This document shows positions 26,785-37,545 of a stretch of DNA of 64,000 nt, one piece after another. Below the pieces are notes generated by a model, which saw only the letters and a program-made list of their open reading frames with translations, did no database searches and was not told the DNA's origin. Within the stretch, counting starts at the first letter, position 1. Each line of letters opens with the position of its first letter. The stretch covers positions 448,001 to 512,000 of the forward strand of contig CAWIIV010000006.1 in the NCBI GenBank assembly GCA_963836205.1, read 5' to 3'. The position numbers and the translations under genes were made by a program. The stretch is from an uncultured Acidimicrobiia bacterium. GTDB taxonomy: Bacteria; Actinomycetota; Acidimicrobiia; Acidimicrobiales; AC-14.

Positions 26785-28162
26785 TCAGTCCTTCCCGGCC
26801 ATCAGGTGGCGGACCTCGGCCAGGTGGCGTCTGGCACGAATCGGTGTCGGCCGCCTCCAGGTTGAGGCGCAGGACGGGCTCGGTGTTCGACGCCCGCAGG
26901 TTGAACCACCAGTCGCCGAAGTCGACGGTGAGCCCGTCGACCCGCTCCTGGTTGGCATCGGCGTAGGCCTCGGCCACCCGCTCGACCACCGCCTGGGGGT
27001 CGTCGACGGTGACGTTGATCTCGCCCGACGCCGCGTAGCGCTCGAACGGCTTGCGCAGCTCGGACAGGGGCTGGTCGGCCTTCGACAGCAGCTCGAGGAC
27101 GACCAGGGCGGCGATGATGCCGGAGTCGGCCCGGAAGTTGTCGGCGAAGTAGTAGTGGCCGCTGTGCTCGCCGCCGAAGACGGCCCCCGTCTCGGCCATC
27201 ACCGACTTGATGAACGAGTGGCCCACCCGGGTGCGGACGGGCTCGCCGCCCCGCTCCGACACCACTTCGGGCACCGCCTTGGAGCAGATCAGGTTGTAGA
27301 GGATCGTGGCCCCGGGGTGCTTCTCGAGCATCGACGCCGCCACCATGGCCGTGGTGGTGGACCCGGAGAGGGGCTGGGCCTGGTCGTCGACCAGGAACAC
27401 CCGGTCGGCGTCGCCGTCGAAGGCGAGGCCGACGTCGGCCCCCACTTCGAGCACCCGGGCCTGGAGGTCCTTGAGGTTCTCGGGCTGGATGGGGTCGGGC
27501 GGGTGGTTGGGGAAGGTGCCGTCGAGCTCGGCGTAGAGCAGCTCCACGTCGAAGGGCAGGCCCTTGAAGACCTCAGGCGCAACCAGTCCGCCCATGCCGT
27601 TGCCGGCGTCGGCCACCACCTTGAGGGGACGGAGGACGCTGCGGTCGACGAACGAGCGCACGTGGTCGCCGAACTCGCCCAGCAGGTCGAGGGCGGACAC
27701 GGAACCTCGGTCGGCCGCCGGCTGCCGCGCGGCATCGGGATCGCCGGCATCGGCCTCCAACGCCTTCTCGACCATGGCCTGGATGTCGCGCAGGCCGGTG
27801 TCCTGGCCGACAGGCCTGGCGCCGGGCAGGCACAGCTTGATCCCGTTGTACCGAGCCGGGTTGTGGGAGGCGGTGAGCATGGCGCCGGGCGAGTCGAGGC
27901 TGCCGGCCGCGTAGTAGATGGTGTCGGTGGAGATGAGGCCGAGGTCGACGACGTCGGCGCCCTCGTCCGTCGCGCCCTCGGCGAAGGCGGCCGACAGCTC
28001 CACGCCCGACGCCCGCATGTCGCGTCCCATGAGGATTCGGGGGGCGCCGGTGAAGCGGGCGAAGGCCGAGCCGACGGCCCGGGCGATGGACGCGTCGAGC
28101 TGTTCCGGGACCGTTCCCCGGATGTCGTAGGCCTTGAATATGTGGGAGAGATCCAACCGCAC
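26785..28162 (-). CDS. manB: Phosphomannomutase/phosphoglucomutase; apparent frameshift near 26830
   Basis: FKAYDIRG, TASHNP, FDGDADR, GGEHSGH, RASNTEP; shifted frame ends HLAEVRHLMAGKD*. Confidence 0.93.
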
Positions 28163-28218
28163 CGATCCTGATCGCCGTCCGCCCGTGCCTGCCACAGTAG
28201 TTGGGGCAGGATGAGCCC

Positions 28219-28944
28219 GTGATCTCGGTGGTGATGCCCGCCCACGACGAGGAGCCGTTCCTCGCCGCGGCCGTGAGCGAAGTCGTGCAGGGCCTGCGAG
28301 GGTGGGGCGGCGCCTTCGAGATCGTCGTCGTCGAGAACGGTTCCACCGACGCCACCGCGGCGGTGGCGGCCAAGCTCGCCGGGGAGTACCCCGAGGTCCG
28401 CTCGCTCTCGCTCGACCAGGCCGACTACGGCAACGCCCTCCGCCAGGGCTTTCTCGCCGCCGAGGGCCGGGCGGTGGCCATCTTCGACGTCGACTACTAC
28501 GACCTCGGGTTCCTGTCCCGGGCGCTGGAGGTGTTGGACAGCCCGGGGGGGCCGTCGGTGGTCGTCGGGAGCAAGCGGGGGCCGGGGGCGGTCGACACCC
28601 GGGCCCGGTCACGGCAGCTGGTGACGTGGGTGTTCAGCACCGTCCTCCACCTCGGGTTCGGGCTCAAGGTGCACGACACCCACGGGATGAAGGTCCTCCG
28701 GCGCGACGACGTGGTCTCCCTGGTGCAGGGGTCGCGGTTCGGCACCGACCTGTTCGACACCGAGCTCGTCATCCGGGCCGAACGGGCGGGGATGCGGGTC
28801 GACGAGCTGCCGGTGGTGGTGGCCGAGACCCGTCCGTCCCGGTCGTCGATCGCCCGCCGCATCCCCCGGTCGATCGTCGGCCTGGCCCGGCTGCGGATGG
28901 TGCTCTGGCAGGAGGATCGCGGCCGGGCGCCGAAGCCCTCCTAG
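28219..28944 (+). CDS. GT2 glycosyltransferase
   Basis: ISVVMPAHDE, VVENGSTD, FDVD, DTHGMK, FDTELVIRA. Confidence 0.88.
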   Translation: MISVVMPAHDEEPFLAAAVSEVVQGLRGWGGAFEIVVVENGSTDATAAVAAKLAGEYPEVRSLSLDQADYGNALRQGFLAAEGRAVAIFDVDYYDLGFLSRALEVLDSPGGPSVVVGSKRGPGAVDTRARSRQLVTWVFSTVLHLGFGLKVHDTHGMKVLRRDDVVSLVQGSRFGTDLFDTELVIRAERAGMRVDELPVVVAETRPSRSSIARRIPRSIVGLARLRMVLWQEDRGRAPKPS

Positions 28945-30395
28945 GTCTGAGCGGGGGGCGGGGGTCGGAAGGCGGCGATCACGGGGGCGAATGCCTCCAC
29001 CGCGGCCACGTCGAGCCGGCCGAGGCGGACCATGGCCGTCCGGACCCCGGCCTCGGCCAGCTCCCGGAAGCGGCCCACCTGCTCCTCCACCGTTCCCACG
29101 ATGGCCCTGACCGGCACCGATGCCGGCACCTCGTCGGTGACGTGGGCCGACGAGAGGTGGGTCACCCGGACCTGGGCCGGGTCGCGACCGATGTCGGCGC
29201 AGTGGCGGTGGAGGACCTCGACCTTGTGGCGGACGGTGGCCGGGTCGCCGAACAGGTTGCAGGCGTCGGCGTAGCGGGCGACCAGGCGCAGGGTGCGCTT
29301 CTCGCCCCCGCCGCCGACCAGGATGGGGATCCGCTCCTGGATCGGGCGGGGGTAGCAGATGGCCTCCGGCACCTCGACCACCCGGCCGGTGAAGGCGGGT
29401 GCCCCCGGTCCCCACATCACCGGGAGGAGGCGGAGGGCGTCCTCGAGCAGGCGGAAGCGCTGGCGGACGGGCGGGAAGTCGAACCCGTAGGCGGTGTGCT
29501 CCCGCTCGAACCAGGCCGCCCCCAGACCGCAGACGGCCCGGCCCCCGGAGAGGACGTCGAGGGTGGCCGCCATCTTGGCCAGGTGGGCGACGTTGCGGTA
29601 GGTGACCCCGGTGACGAGGGTGCCGAGGGTGGCCCGGGTGGTGTGGCCGGCGAGGAAGCCGAGGGTCGTCCAGCTGTCGAGCATCTCGTCCCAGTGGCGG
29701 CCGACCTGGGGGATCTGGACGAAGTGGTCCATCACCCACAGGCTGGTGAAGCCGGCGTCCTCCGCCGCCCGGGCGACGGCGGCCAGGCGAGGCCCGATGG
29801 CGGGCGTGCCGCCGGGTCCACCGAAGGTGGCGATCTGGAGGCCGAAGTCGAGCGCCATGGGGTCCTCCTGTTGGCGGCGGGCGGCATCGGGTGCGCCCAC
29901 CAGTTGAGGGTCGACGACCCGGACCGGGCCGGGGCGGTGGACGGCGTCGAAGCCGTCGTCGGGAAGCTCGGCGACCACGGCCGGCCACCGGCCGAGCTGG
30001 GCCGACACGGCCTTGGCCGGCACCGGCCGCCCCGGGCGGGCCGCGTTGCGGACCCGGCACTCGGCCGGCGAGACGTGGTCGAAGGCCACCGCCACCACCG
30101 GCCGGCCGTGCCTGCGGGCGGCCGCCACGTAGTCCCGCCGCCGCTGGCGGTCGAGGCCGAGGGTGTCGACCACGGTGGGCAGGCCCCGCTGCAGGCGCCG
30201 GTCGATGACGAGGTCGAGGACGTCGAAGGCGTCGGTGCCCGCCCGCTGGTCGTGCTCCCCCTCCCCCACCAACGCCCGCAGCCGGTCGGCCGCCACCACC
30301 TGCTCCGGGGCGAACCACTCCGCCGCCCACGTCGACTTCCCGCTCCCCGAGGGCCCCACCAGCACCACCAGGCACGCGTGCGGCAGCCGGATCAC
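28941..30395 (-). CDS. AAA_33 kinase-like domain fused to LLM-class (probably F420-dependent) oxidoreductase
   Basis: LVGPSGSGKSTWA; then WVMDHFVQIP, LGTLVTGVTYRN, ILVGGGGEKRTL; single open frame. Confidence 0.88.
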   Translation of the reverse strand: MIRLPHACLVVLVGPSGSGKSTWAAEWFAPEQVVAADRLRALVGEGEHDQRAGTDAFDVLDLVIDRRLQRGLPTVVDTLGLDRQRRRDYVAAARRHGRPVVAVAFDHVSPAECRVRNAARPGRPVPAKAVSAQLGRWPAVVAELPDDGFDAVHRPGPVRVVDPQLVGAPDAARRQQEDPMALDFGLQIATFGGPGGTPAIGPRLAAVARAAEDAGFTSLWVMDHFVQIPQVGRHWDEMLDSWTTLGFLAGHTTRATLGTLVTGVTYRNVAHLAKMAATLDVLSGGRAVCGLGAAWFEREHTAYGFDFPPVRQRFRLLEDALRLLPVMWGPGAPAFTGRVVEVPEAICYPRPIQERIPILVGGGGEKRTLRLVARYADACNLFGDPATVRHKVEVLHRHCADIGRDPAQVRVTHLSSAHVTDEVPASVPVRAIVGTVEEQVGRFRELAEAGVRTAMVRLGRLDVAAVEAFAPVIAAFRPPPPAQT

Positions 30396-30418
30396 AGCCG
30401 GATCACGACCGGGCGGCC

Positions 30419-31876
30419 TTAGGCCGAGGCTGCCCCGGCCGGAGCCGACGCCGGCTTTTCCTTCTCCTCGTGGTACTTGGCCTCGACGTTGACCGTCCAG
30501 ATGTCGTGGGGCGGGTCGGCGCCGAGGATGTTCTCCACCGAGAGCATGGCGGTGAACATGGAGTGGTCCTGGTTGTTGTACTTGTGCATCCCGTTGCGGC
30601 CCACCGGGAACACGTTGGGCGTGTTCTCGGCCAGCCACTTCCGCAGGACGCCGACGTTGGCCTTGTAGTCGGCGTCGTACATCGGATACGCCTTCGGCAT
30701 CCGCACCACGTAGCCCGCCTCCACCTTCGCCGTGTCGTCGAGCAGGCCCAGGGTGTGCAGCTCGCGCTTGCCCAGCTCCACCAGGTCGGCGTCGGCCATC
30801 GTCCACAGGTCGTCGCCCTCGAATACGAAGTACTCCAGGCCCAGGCAGGTACGGCCCTGCTTCACCAGGTAGGGCGACCACGAGCCGAAGTTCTGGATGC
30901 GGCCCAGGCGGACGGCGGGCGAGTGGACGTAGATCCAGTTGTCGGGGAACCCGCACGCCTCGGGCACGACCAGGGCGATGGTGAGGAAGTCTCTGTAGGT
31001 CAGGGCGTTGGCCGCGGCCAGGACCTCGGCCGGCGGAGGCGGGTCCATGATCTTGAGCAGGGTCGTGATCGGCATCGACGAGACCACGTGGCTGGCCGGG
31101 TAGCGGCCCTTGGGCGTCGACACCGCCACCGCCTTGCCCCCCTCGTGGTGGACCGCGGTCACCGGCTCCTCCATCGCCACCTTGGTGCCCCTGGCCTCCA
31201 CCAGATCCCGGGCCCGCTCCCACATCATCCCCGGCCCGTACTTGGGGTACTGGAACTCCTCGATGAGGCTGGTGATGTCCTTCTGGTTCCGCTTGGGCAG
31301 GACCGCGTTGGTGATCGCCTTCATCAGGGACAGGTTCTTGATGCGCTGGGCGGCCCAGTCGGCCTGGATCGACGTGGCCGGCACGCCCCACAGCTTCTCG
31401 GTGTAGGTCTTGAAGAAGATCCGGTACAGCCGCTTGCCGAAGCGGGACGTGGTCCAGCCCTCGAAGTTGCTCTGGTCCTTGGGCGGGCGGACCCGGGCCC
31501 AGCCGTAGGACGCCACGCACATGGTGGCCTCCGCCACCCCCAGGTTCTTGAGCGCGTTCATGGGCTTGAGCGGGTAGTCGAAGAACTTGCCGTCGTAGTA
31601 GATGCGACTCATCCGGGGCCGGAGGAGGAACTCGTCGTCGTCCAGGATCTCGTGCCACACGTCCTCCACCTCCTGCACCTTGGTGAAGAAGCGGTGGCCG
31701 CCGATGTCGAAGCGCCACCCGTCCCGTTCGGCAGTGCGGGCGATGCCGCCGACCACCGAGTCGGCCTCGAGGACGGTGGACGTCAGGCCCTTCTTGGCCA
31801 GCTGCCAGGCCGCGGTCAGCCCCGCGGGGCCGGCTCCGATGATGACGACGTCGAGCTTCTGATCCTGATCAACCAC
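30419..31876 (-). CDS. FAD-dependent oxidoreductase (HemY/UDP-galactopyranose mutase-like, glycan-cluster type)
   Basis: IIGAGPAGL, FDIGGHRFFTK, GRNGMHKYNNQDHSM. Confidence 0.88.
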   Translation of the reverse strand: MVDQDQKLDVVIIGAGPAGLTAAWQLAKKGLTSTVLEADSVVGGIARTAERDGWRFDIGGHRFFTKVQEVEDVWHEILDDDEFLLRPRMSRIYYDGKFFDYPLKPMNALKNLGVAEATMCVASYGWARVRPPKDQSNFEGWTTSRFGKRLYRIFFKTYTEKLWGVPATSIQADWAAQRIKNLSLMKAITNAVLPKRNQKDITSLIEEFQYPKYGPGMMWERARDLVEARGTKVAMEEPVTAVHHEGGKAVAVSTPKGRYPASHVVSSMPITTLLKIMDPPPPAEVLAAANALTYRDFLTIALVVPEACGFPDNWIYVHSPAVRLGRIQNFGSWSPYLVKQGRTCLGLEYFVFEGDDLWTMADADLVELGKRELHTLGLLDDTAKVEAGYVVRMPKAYPMYDADYKANVGVLRKWLAENTPNVFPVGRNGMHKYNNQDHSMFTAMLSVENILGADPPHDIWTVNVEAKYHEEKEKPASAPAGAASA

Positions 31877-31899
31877 GGGCCGCACCCTACCCGGCCCTC

Positions 31900-33531
31900 T
31901 TATTTGGGCGGATACTGGACCAGGCCCGGGCGCTCGAAGGTGTTGGTCGGCACCCGGACCACCCGCCGTTCGTCGGGTCGGAGCTGGCGCAGGTCGGCCA
32001 ACAGGCCCTGGCACTTGGTGCCGAACGTGCGGTAGTTAGGCGCCCACACCACCCAGACCGCGTGGTCGGGGCCGGCCCGGTCGAGGAGCATGCGGGCGAA
32101 CGGGGCGGTGGCGGCGGCCCGGTTGGCCTCCTCGTAGCCCACCCAGTCGACCCGCTCGGGGCCGGTGCCCCGGGGGAACGTGACCTGTTCCAGGCCCGCC
32201 CCAGGTTCGAGGAGGCGGCTGACCGACGGACCGAGCTGGTCGGGGCAGTAGGCGACCACGTCGCCCGGCCGGGCCTCGGCCCGGAGGGCGGCCGCCACCC
32301 GTCCCGCCGACGTGCGGTCGCCGGCCAGGTGGGGGATGGCGGTGACCAGCCCGAGGGCCACGGCCAGGCCCAACACCACCGGTCCGGCGGCGATGCCGGA
32401 CAGGGTGGTGGTGCCGAGGGCGGCGAGGAGGAGCACCAGCGGGAGCACCACCGCCGCGTAGCGGATGGCGAAGGCGGAGTTGGTGGCCTGGCCGACGACG
32501 ACGGCGAAGGCCATGGTGACGGCGGCGGCGAGGGCCAGCCTGCGCCCGGGCGGACGGCCCCGCAGGTCGAGGGTGATCAGCCCCGGCCCGACGGCGGCGC
32601 CGAGCAGCCCCAGGGCGAGGAGGGCGTAGACGAGCAGGCCGAGGGGCAGGGCGGTGTCGGAAAGCCCCGAGTTGAACTGCATGACGATGTCGAACACGGT
32701 CCGGGGCTTGGGCGGGGTTCCCCACGGCGTGCCCGTGGCCCGCATCTGCTCGAGGAACGACGGCAGCCACGGGAGGAACAGCACCGACCCGACGGCCATC
32801 GCCGGCAGGGCCCGGCGCGCGCCGGCGGTCCGCCACCGGACCGCGAGCAGCAGCGCGACCGCTCCCACCAGGAAGAACGCCCAGTAGTGGGTGAGGAAGA
32901 GGAGCCCGGTGACCACGCCCAGGCCCACGCTCGCCGGCACCGACCGGCGCTTGAGGACGGTGTCGAGGGCCAGGAACCCGGCCAGGACCAGGAACACGAC
33001 CAGCGAGTACATCCGGGCCTCGGTGGCGTAGCGGATGGCGAACGGCGACGAGGCCAACAGCAGCAGGGCCGCCCACGGCAGCCAGTTGGGCGGACCGGCG
33101 GCCCGGTCGCCAGCCCGGTTGCCGACCTGCTCGCTTGCCCGCTCCTCGGCCAGCCGCCGGCCGGCCAGCCACATCAGCGGGAGGGCCGCCACCGCGAAGA
33201 TCCCCGACAGGGCCCGGGCGGCCACGTCGCCGGTGCCGGCCATGTCCATCCACCCGTGGAGGAGCACGTAGTACAGCGGCGGCGCCCCGTCGTGGCGGAG
33301 GGCGTCGAACAGGTCGCCCAGCGGAAGGCGGGCGATGTTGACGGTGAGGGCCTCGTCGAGCCACAGGGGGGAGACGGTGACGAAGCGGGCCACCAGGCCC
33401 AGGGCCAGCACCAGCCCGATGGCGCTGCCCGCCGCCAGCCGGCGCCGGCGGGCAGCGGCGGACGACACCGGGCGGCCGCCCCGGTCGGAGTCGGGGGCCG
33501 GCGGGTGGACTCGGATGTCCTCGAGGGTCAA
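31900..33531 (-). CDS. GT39/PMT-like membrane glycosyltransferase
   Basis: LWLDEA, DGAPPLYYVLLH, YATEARMYSL, THYW; many TM helices; start uncertain. Confidence 0.85.
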   Translation of the reverse strand: MTLEDIRVHPPAPDSDRGGRPVSSAAARRRRLAAGSAIGLVLALGLVARFVTVSPLWLDEALTVNIARLPLGDLFDALRHDGAPPLYYVLLHGWMDMAGTGDVAARALSGIFAVAALPLMWLAGRRLAEERASEQVGNRAGDRAAGPPNWLPWAALLLLASSPFAIRYATEARMYSLVVFLVLAGFLALDTVLKRRSVPASVGLGVVTGLLFLTHYWAFFLVGAVALLLAVRWRTAGARRALPAMAVGSVLFLPWLPSFLEQMRATGTPWGTPPKPRTVFDIVMQFNSGLSDTALPLGLLVYALLALGLLGAAVGPGLITLDLRGRPPGRRLALAAAVTMAFAVVVGQATNSAFAIRYAAVVLPLVLLLAALGTTTLSGIAAGPVVLGLAVALGLVTAIPHLAGDRTSAGRVAAALRAEARPGDVVAYCPDQLGPSVSRLLEPGAGLEQVTFPRGTGPERVDWVGYEEANRAAATAPFARMLLDRAGPDHAVWVVWAPNYRTFGTKCQGLLADLRQLRPDERRVVRVPTNTFERPGLVQYPPK

Positions 33532-33556
33532 GGCCGGTGGTGGTGGACCGGAGGTC

Positions 33557-36163
33557 TCAGCCGCCGCGGTCGGACACCGGGACCGGCGGTGGTCCCGCCG
33601 GGGAGTCGCCGGGCGGACCCGGGGGGCGGCCTCCGGGGGCGGGGCGGGCGGAGGGGCCGCCGGCGTTCTCGGCGTGGCCCGGGAGGAGCGGCACCGGCTG
33701 CTCGGGGTCGTCGACGACCATCGGCCCCCGCCGGGCCCACTTCACGGCCAGCCCGATCCCCACGAAGGTGAGGATCCAGCCCAGGTAGTCGACCGGGGTC
33801 CAGCCGTAGTAGACGCTCACGTGCTGGGAGGTGGGGATGACCACCATCAGGTTGGGCGACACCCGGTAGGGGCCCTTGCCCCCCGACACCTTCCAGTTGG
33901 GGAAGTAGGACGCCTTCACCAGCACCGGCACGCCGACGCGGTCGACGTCGAACGTGATGCGGTTGTCGCTGGCCTTGATCCCGCTCACCGCCACCGGGTC
34001 GAGCGGCCGCCGCTCGGCGGTGTCGACGGTGACGTCGGACCCCACCGTCTTCGAGTCGGTGACGACCTTGTCGACCTTCACCCGCTGCCACTCCCTGGGC
34101 CCCGACGCGGCCAGGAACACGTCGTGGGCACCGAAGTCCTGGTACCAGTCGGCCATGACCGCCATCCACTCCCGCTCGCCGTTGCCCCCGCCGGTGATCA
34201 CCGCCGGCTGGTTGGTGAGCGGCGACACCAGCTCCGAGCCCTTCACCTCGTAGGCCCGCCAGGCGCCGGTCTGGCCGACGAGGGTGAGCTCGGGGTTGGC
34301 GTCGGCCTGGGCGGTGGCCTCGGGCGAGAACGACAGGTAGTAGCGGGCGCCCAGCATCTGGAGGTGGTCGACCCCCTTGGCCACGTCGAGGCCGGTGTAG
34401 GGCAGGTCGCGCTGGGGGTTGGAGGGGGCCTTCGACAGCTCGGCCGCGGTCATGAAGTGGTAGGGGACGCTGGCCGACGACTCGAAGTAGAGGCCCTCCA
34501 TGGAACCGATGCAGCCGTCGGTCCAGTAGGGCAGGAGCATGAGCGCCATCGGCGTGCCGAAGCGGTCGAGTTTGGACTCGTACTCCCAGTGGGTGCGCCC
34601 GCAGCCGTTGGTGCGCCCCAGCGACGCCATCATCTCCACCACCCGCTCGTACTCGGGGTACGCCTCCTTGCGCTCGTAGCCGGAGTAGTTCCACTTGGCC
34701 CAGTCGTCGACGTAGCTGCTGTCGGTGGTGGCGGGCTTGGGCAGCCAGCTGGGCAGGACTCCGAGGGGCAGCCCGACGAACATCCACACCGCCAGCGCCC
34801 CCGCGATCGGCGTGAGCCGGCGGGCGAGGATCTGCGTGCGCACTGGGTCGGCGGAGCTGACCCGCGTGCCCGGCTCACCGGGATCGGCGGCGAAGATGCG
34901 GCCCAGGGCGGGGCCGATCTCGGTGATCGCCACACCGGCCAGCAGGTAGAGGCTCAGGAACCAGAACGGCAGCACCCGGGCGTTCCACAGCCGGCCGGCG
35001 GGGGCGAGCACGAACAACGAGCCGGTGATGGCGGCCATGCCCACCAGGAACAGGCCGACCCGGCGGCGCATGGCCACCGCGAACACCGCCCCCGCGGGGG
35101 CCAGGACCAGCCACAGCCAGGCCTTGTTCTCGGGAAACAGGTTCGCGCTGTACTGGGTGATCTTCCCCCAGCCCATGTTGTTGGCGTAGTCGAGCCGCAT
35201 CCCGAACGGGAACGACCAGAAGGCGGCGAGCAGCGCCCCCACGCCGATCATCCCGAACAGGAACTTCAGGCGGGCCCGGCCCGGTCGAAGGAGGTAGAAG
35301 AGGCAGGCACCGACCACCGCGAAGATCGTGGGCAGCAGGTGACTGAGCCCGGTGAGGGCGAGCAGGACCGCCCCCAGGGCCCGGTTGCGGCCGGTGTCGA
35401 GACCTCGCGCCACCACCCCGAGGAAGAGCAGGGCGAAGGAGAGGCTGATGGAGAACGAGAACTCGCCGGCCAGCGTGGACGGGATGTTGCCGCCGTAGAT
35501 GGTGAAGCCCCGGTCGAAGAGGAACGGGAGCGTGGCCAGGGCCAGCATCACCGGACCGGGGAAGCGCATGCCGGCCAGGCGGCCGAAGGCGTAGGCGCAC
35601 ACCGGGAGGGTGACCAGGCCGAGGACCGTGATCAGCTTGAACGCGACCCCGTAGGGCAGCACGAAGCTGAGGAGGGCGATCATCAGCGAGGGCAGCGGGA
35701 AGTAGAAGTGGTAGGCGGGGAAGCCCGAGTACCAGTCGGGGGCCCAGCCGGTGAGGCGGAGGTTGGGCAGGAGGTGGTGGCGCATGTAGTCGGGGCCCCA
35801 CACGTGGGCCCCCATGTCGCCGCCCGACGGCGTGGTGTTGGCGAACAACAGGTTGGGCTGGAGCTGGATGAAGACGAAGAGCATGCAGGCGGCCACGATC
35901 ACGGCCGTGAGCAGGGTCTCCGGGGTCACCTGGCTGGCCCGCAGCTTCAGCTCGTCGACCGACGGAACCCGGAAGGTGGGCATCCGCCAGCCCTGGCCCA
36001 GGCGCCGGGGGGACGGCTCGCCGTCGGACCCGTCCTCGGCCGGCGGGTCACCGGCCGGACGACCCCTCAGCGTCGGCGTCTTGAAGTTCGCCAGCGTCGA
36101 CAAGGTCGCCAACCTCACGCGGTCGAAAGCCGCCCGGAGCGGCGGCCGCCGCTGTACTGCCAT
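33557..36163 (-). CDS. PTPS-related/YfhO-like polytopic membrane protein (GT-C-like)
   Basis: GGDMGAH, GWAPDWYSGFP..FYFPLP, STLAGEFSF, SYFPNW..PNLMVV. Confidence 0.8.
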   Translation of the reverse strand: MAVQRRPPLRAAFDRVRLATLSTLANFKTPTLRGRPAGDPPAEDGSDGEPSPRRLGQGWRMPTFRVPSVDELKLRASQVTPETLLTAVIVAACMLFVFIQLQPNLLFANTTPSGGDMGAHVWGPDYMRHHLLPNLRLTGWAPDWYSGFPAYHFYFPLPSLMIALLSFVLPYGVAFKLITVLGLVTLPVCAYAFGRLAGMRFPGPVMLALATLPFLFDRGFTIYGGNIPSTLAGEFSFSISLSFALLFLGVVARGLDTGRNRALGAVLLALTGLSHLLPTIFAVVGACLFYLLRPGRARLKFLFGMIGVGALLAAFWSFPFGMRLDYANNMGWGKITQYSANLFPENKAWLWLVLAPAGAVFAVAMRRRVGLFLVGMAAITGSLFVLAPAGRLWNARVLPFWFLSLYLLAGVAITEIGPALGRIFAADPGEPGTRVSSADPVRTQILARRLTPIAGALAVWMFVGLPLGVLPSWLPKPATTDSSYVDDWAKWNYSGYERKEAYPEYERVVEMMASLGRTNGCGRTHWEYESKLDRFGTPMALMLLPYWTDGCIGSMEGLYFESSASVPYHFMTAAELSKAPSNPQRDLPYTGLDVAKGVDHLQMLGARYYLSFSPEATAQADANPELTLVGQTGAWRAYEVKGSELVSPLTNQPAVITGGGNGEREWMAVMADWYQDFGAHDVFLAASGPREWQRVKVDKVVTDSKTVGSDVTVDTAERRPLDPVAVSGIKASDNRITFDVDRVGVPVLVKASYFPNWKVSGGKGPYRVSPNLMVVIPTSQHVSVYYGWTPVDYLGWILTFVGIGLAVKWARRGPMVVDDPEQPVPLLPGHAENAGGPSARPAPGGRPPGPPGDSPAGPPPVPVSDRGG

Positions 36164-36222
36164 CTCAGTATCTTGTCATTCCCCGCCGTGGACGTCGCGT
36201 CGGGACGCGAACGCGGAAACCG

Positions 36223-36390
36223 TCAGCGGGCGGCAACCAGGTCGAGCACCGAGCGGAGACCGACGGACTGGCCGCCCCGGTCCCACCAGCGGCGCTCGCA
36301 GGCCTGGCACGAGTGCATCGTGACCGTCTCGGCGTGGAGCTGCATGCGGATCTCGACCAGGTCGCGCGAATGGCAGTGCTGACACGTCAT
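36223..36390 (-). CDS. Small zinc-ribbon protein (55 aa)
   Basis: MTCQHC...SCQACERRWW; GGGAGG RBS. Confidence 0.75.
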   Translation of the reverse strand: MTCQHCHSRDLVEIRMQLHAETVTMHSCQACERRWWDRGGQSVGLRSVLDLVAAR

Positions 36391-36532
36391 CTCAGAACCC
36401 CTCCCTAGCGAAAATGCCCTCCCAGGCACTCCGGGTATCGGCACATTTGGTTGACCGCTTGAGCAGGAATCGGGAGGATTGTGGAACCATGGACCACGGT
36501 CGGCGGTCACCCGTACACAAATGGGCGGAACG

Positions 36533-37525
36533 ATGCGAGACGTGAGACACCCGGCGAGGGGGCGATGCCTCTTCGGCGCGCTCGCCGCCCTGGTGCTGGC
36601 CGCCTGCTCCTCCGACGGGTCCGACGTGCGCACGGCGGCCGCGGCCACGTCCACCACCCGGCGGGCCGAGGTGCCGACCTCGTCGACGGCGGTCACCACC
36701 ACCGTCCCGGCCCCGACCACCACCGCCGCCGCCGCGCCGGTCGAGGTGGTGAGCTCGGCCGACGTGCTGGCCGTCCAGGAACGGCTGGCCGAGCTGGGCT
36801 ACGACGTGGGCGAGCCCGACGGGCGCTTCGGCGGCCGCACCAGCTACGCGGTGATGGCCTTCCAGAAGATCGAGGGCCTGAGCCGCACCGGCGACATCGA
36901 CGACGAGCTCAAGGCGGCTCTGGCCACCGCCTCGTCGCCGGGGCCGTTGGTGCCGGGAGGGCCGTCGACCAGGGTGGAGATCGACCTCAACCGCCAGGTG
37001 CTCATGCTCTGGACCGGCGGGGAGCGCACCCGCATCCTGCCCATCTCCAGCGGCAACGGCGAGGAGTACTGCGTCGACGGTGAGTGCGACATCGCCGTCA
37101 CCCCGCCCGGCTCGTTCCACATCGGGCGCAAGGCGGAGGGCCTGGAGATCGCCCCCCTCGGCGAGCTGTGGTGGCCCATGTACTTCAACGGCGGCATCGC
37201 CATCCACGGCTCGCCCTCGGTGCCGCCCTACCCCGCGTCCCACGGGTGCATCCGCATCCCCATGTACGCCGCCCCCACGCTGTACGAGCAGGTGGGACGG
37301 GGGACGGCCGTCATCCTGATCGGCCGGGGCCCGGGGCCGGAAGGCGTCGGCCCCCCGCCCGAGCCGCCGCCCAACCCGGTGCCGTCGTCGACCCTGCCGC
37401 CCGAGCCCGAGCCCGAGCCCGACCCCGAGCCGCCCGAGACCACCACCACCGCCCCGGTCGACGAAACCACCACCTCGACCACCCCGGACGACACGACCAC
37501 CACCGAGGTCACCACGCCGAGGTAG
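36533..37525 (+). CDS. L,D-transpeptidase lipoprotein with peptidoglycan-binding domain
   Basis: Lipobox LAAC, VQERLAELGY..DGRFG..AVMAFQK, IAIHG..ASHGCIR. Confidence 0.92.
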   Translation: MRDVRHPARGRCLFGALAALVLAACSSDGSDVRTAAAATSTTRRAEVPTSSTAVTTTVPAPTTTAAAAPVEVVSSADVLAVQERLAELGYDVGEPDGRFGGRTSYAVMAFQKIEGLSRTGDIDDELKAALATASSPGPLVPGGPSTRVEIDLNRQVLMLWTGGERTRILPISSGNGEEYCVDGECDIAVTPPGSFHIGRKAEGLEIAPLGELWWPMYFNGGIAIHGSPSVPPYPASHGCIRIPMYAAPTLYEQVGRGTAVILIGRGPGPEGVGPPPEPPPNPVPSSTLPPEPEPEPDPEPPETTTTAPVDETTTSTTPDDTTTTEVTTPR

Positions 37526-37545
37526 CCCCCCACCACTGGTGACGG

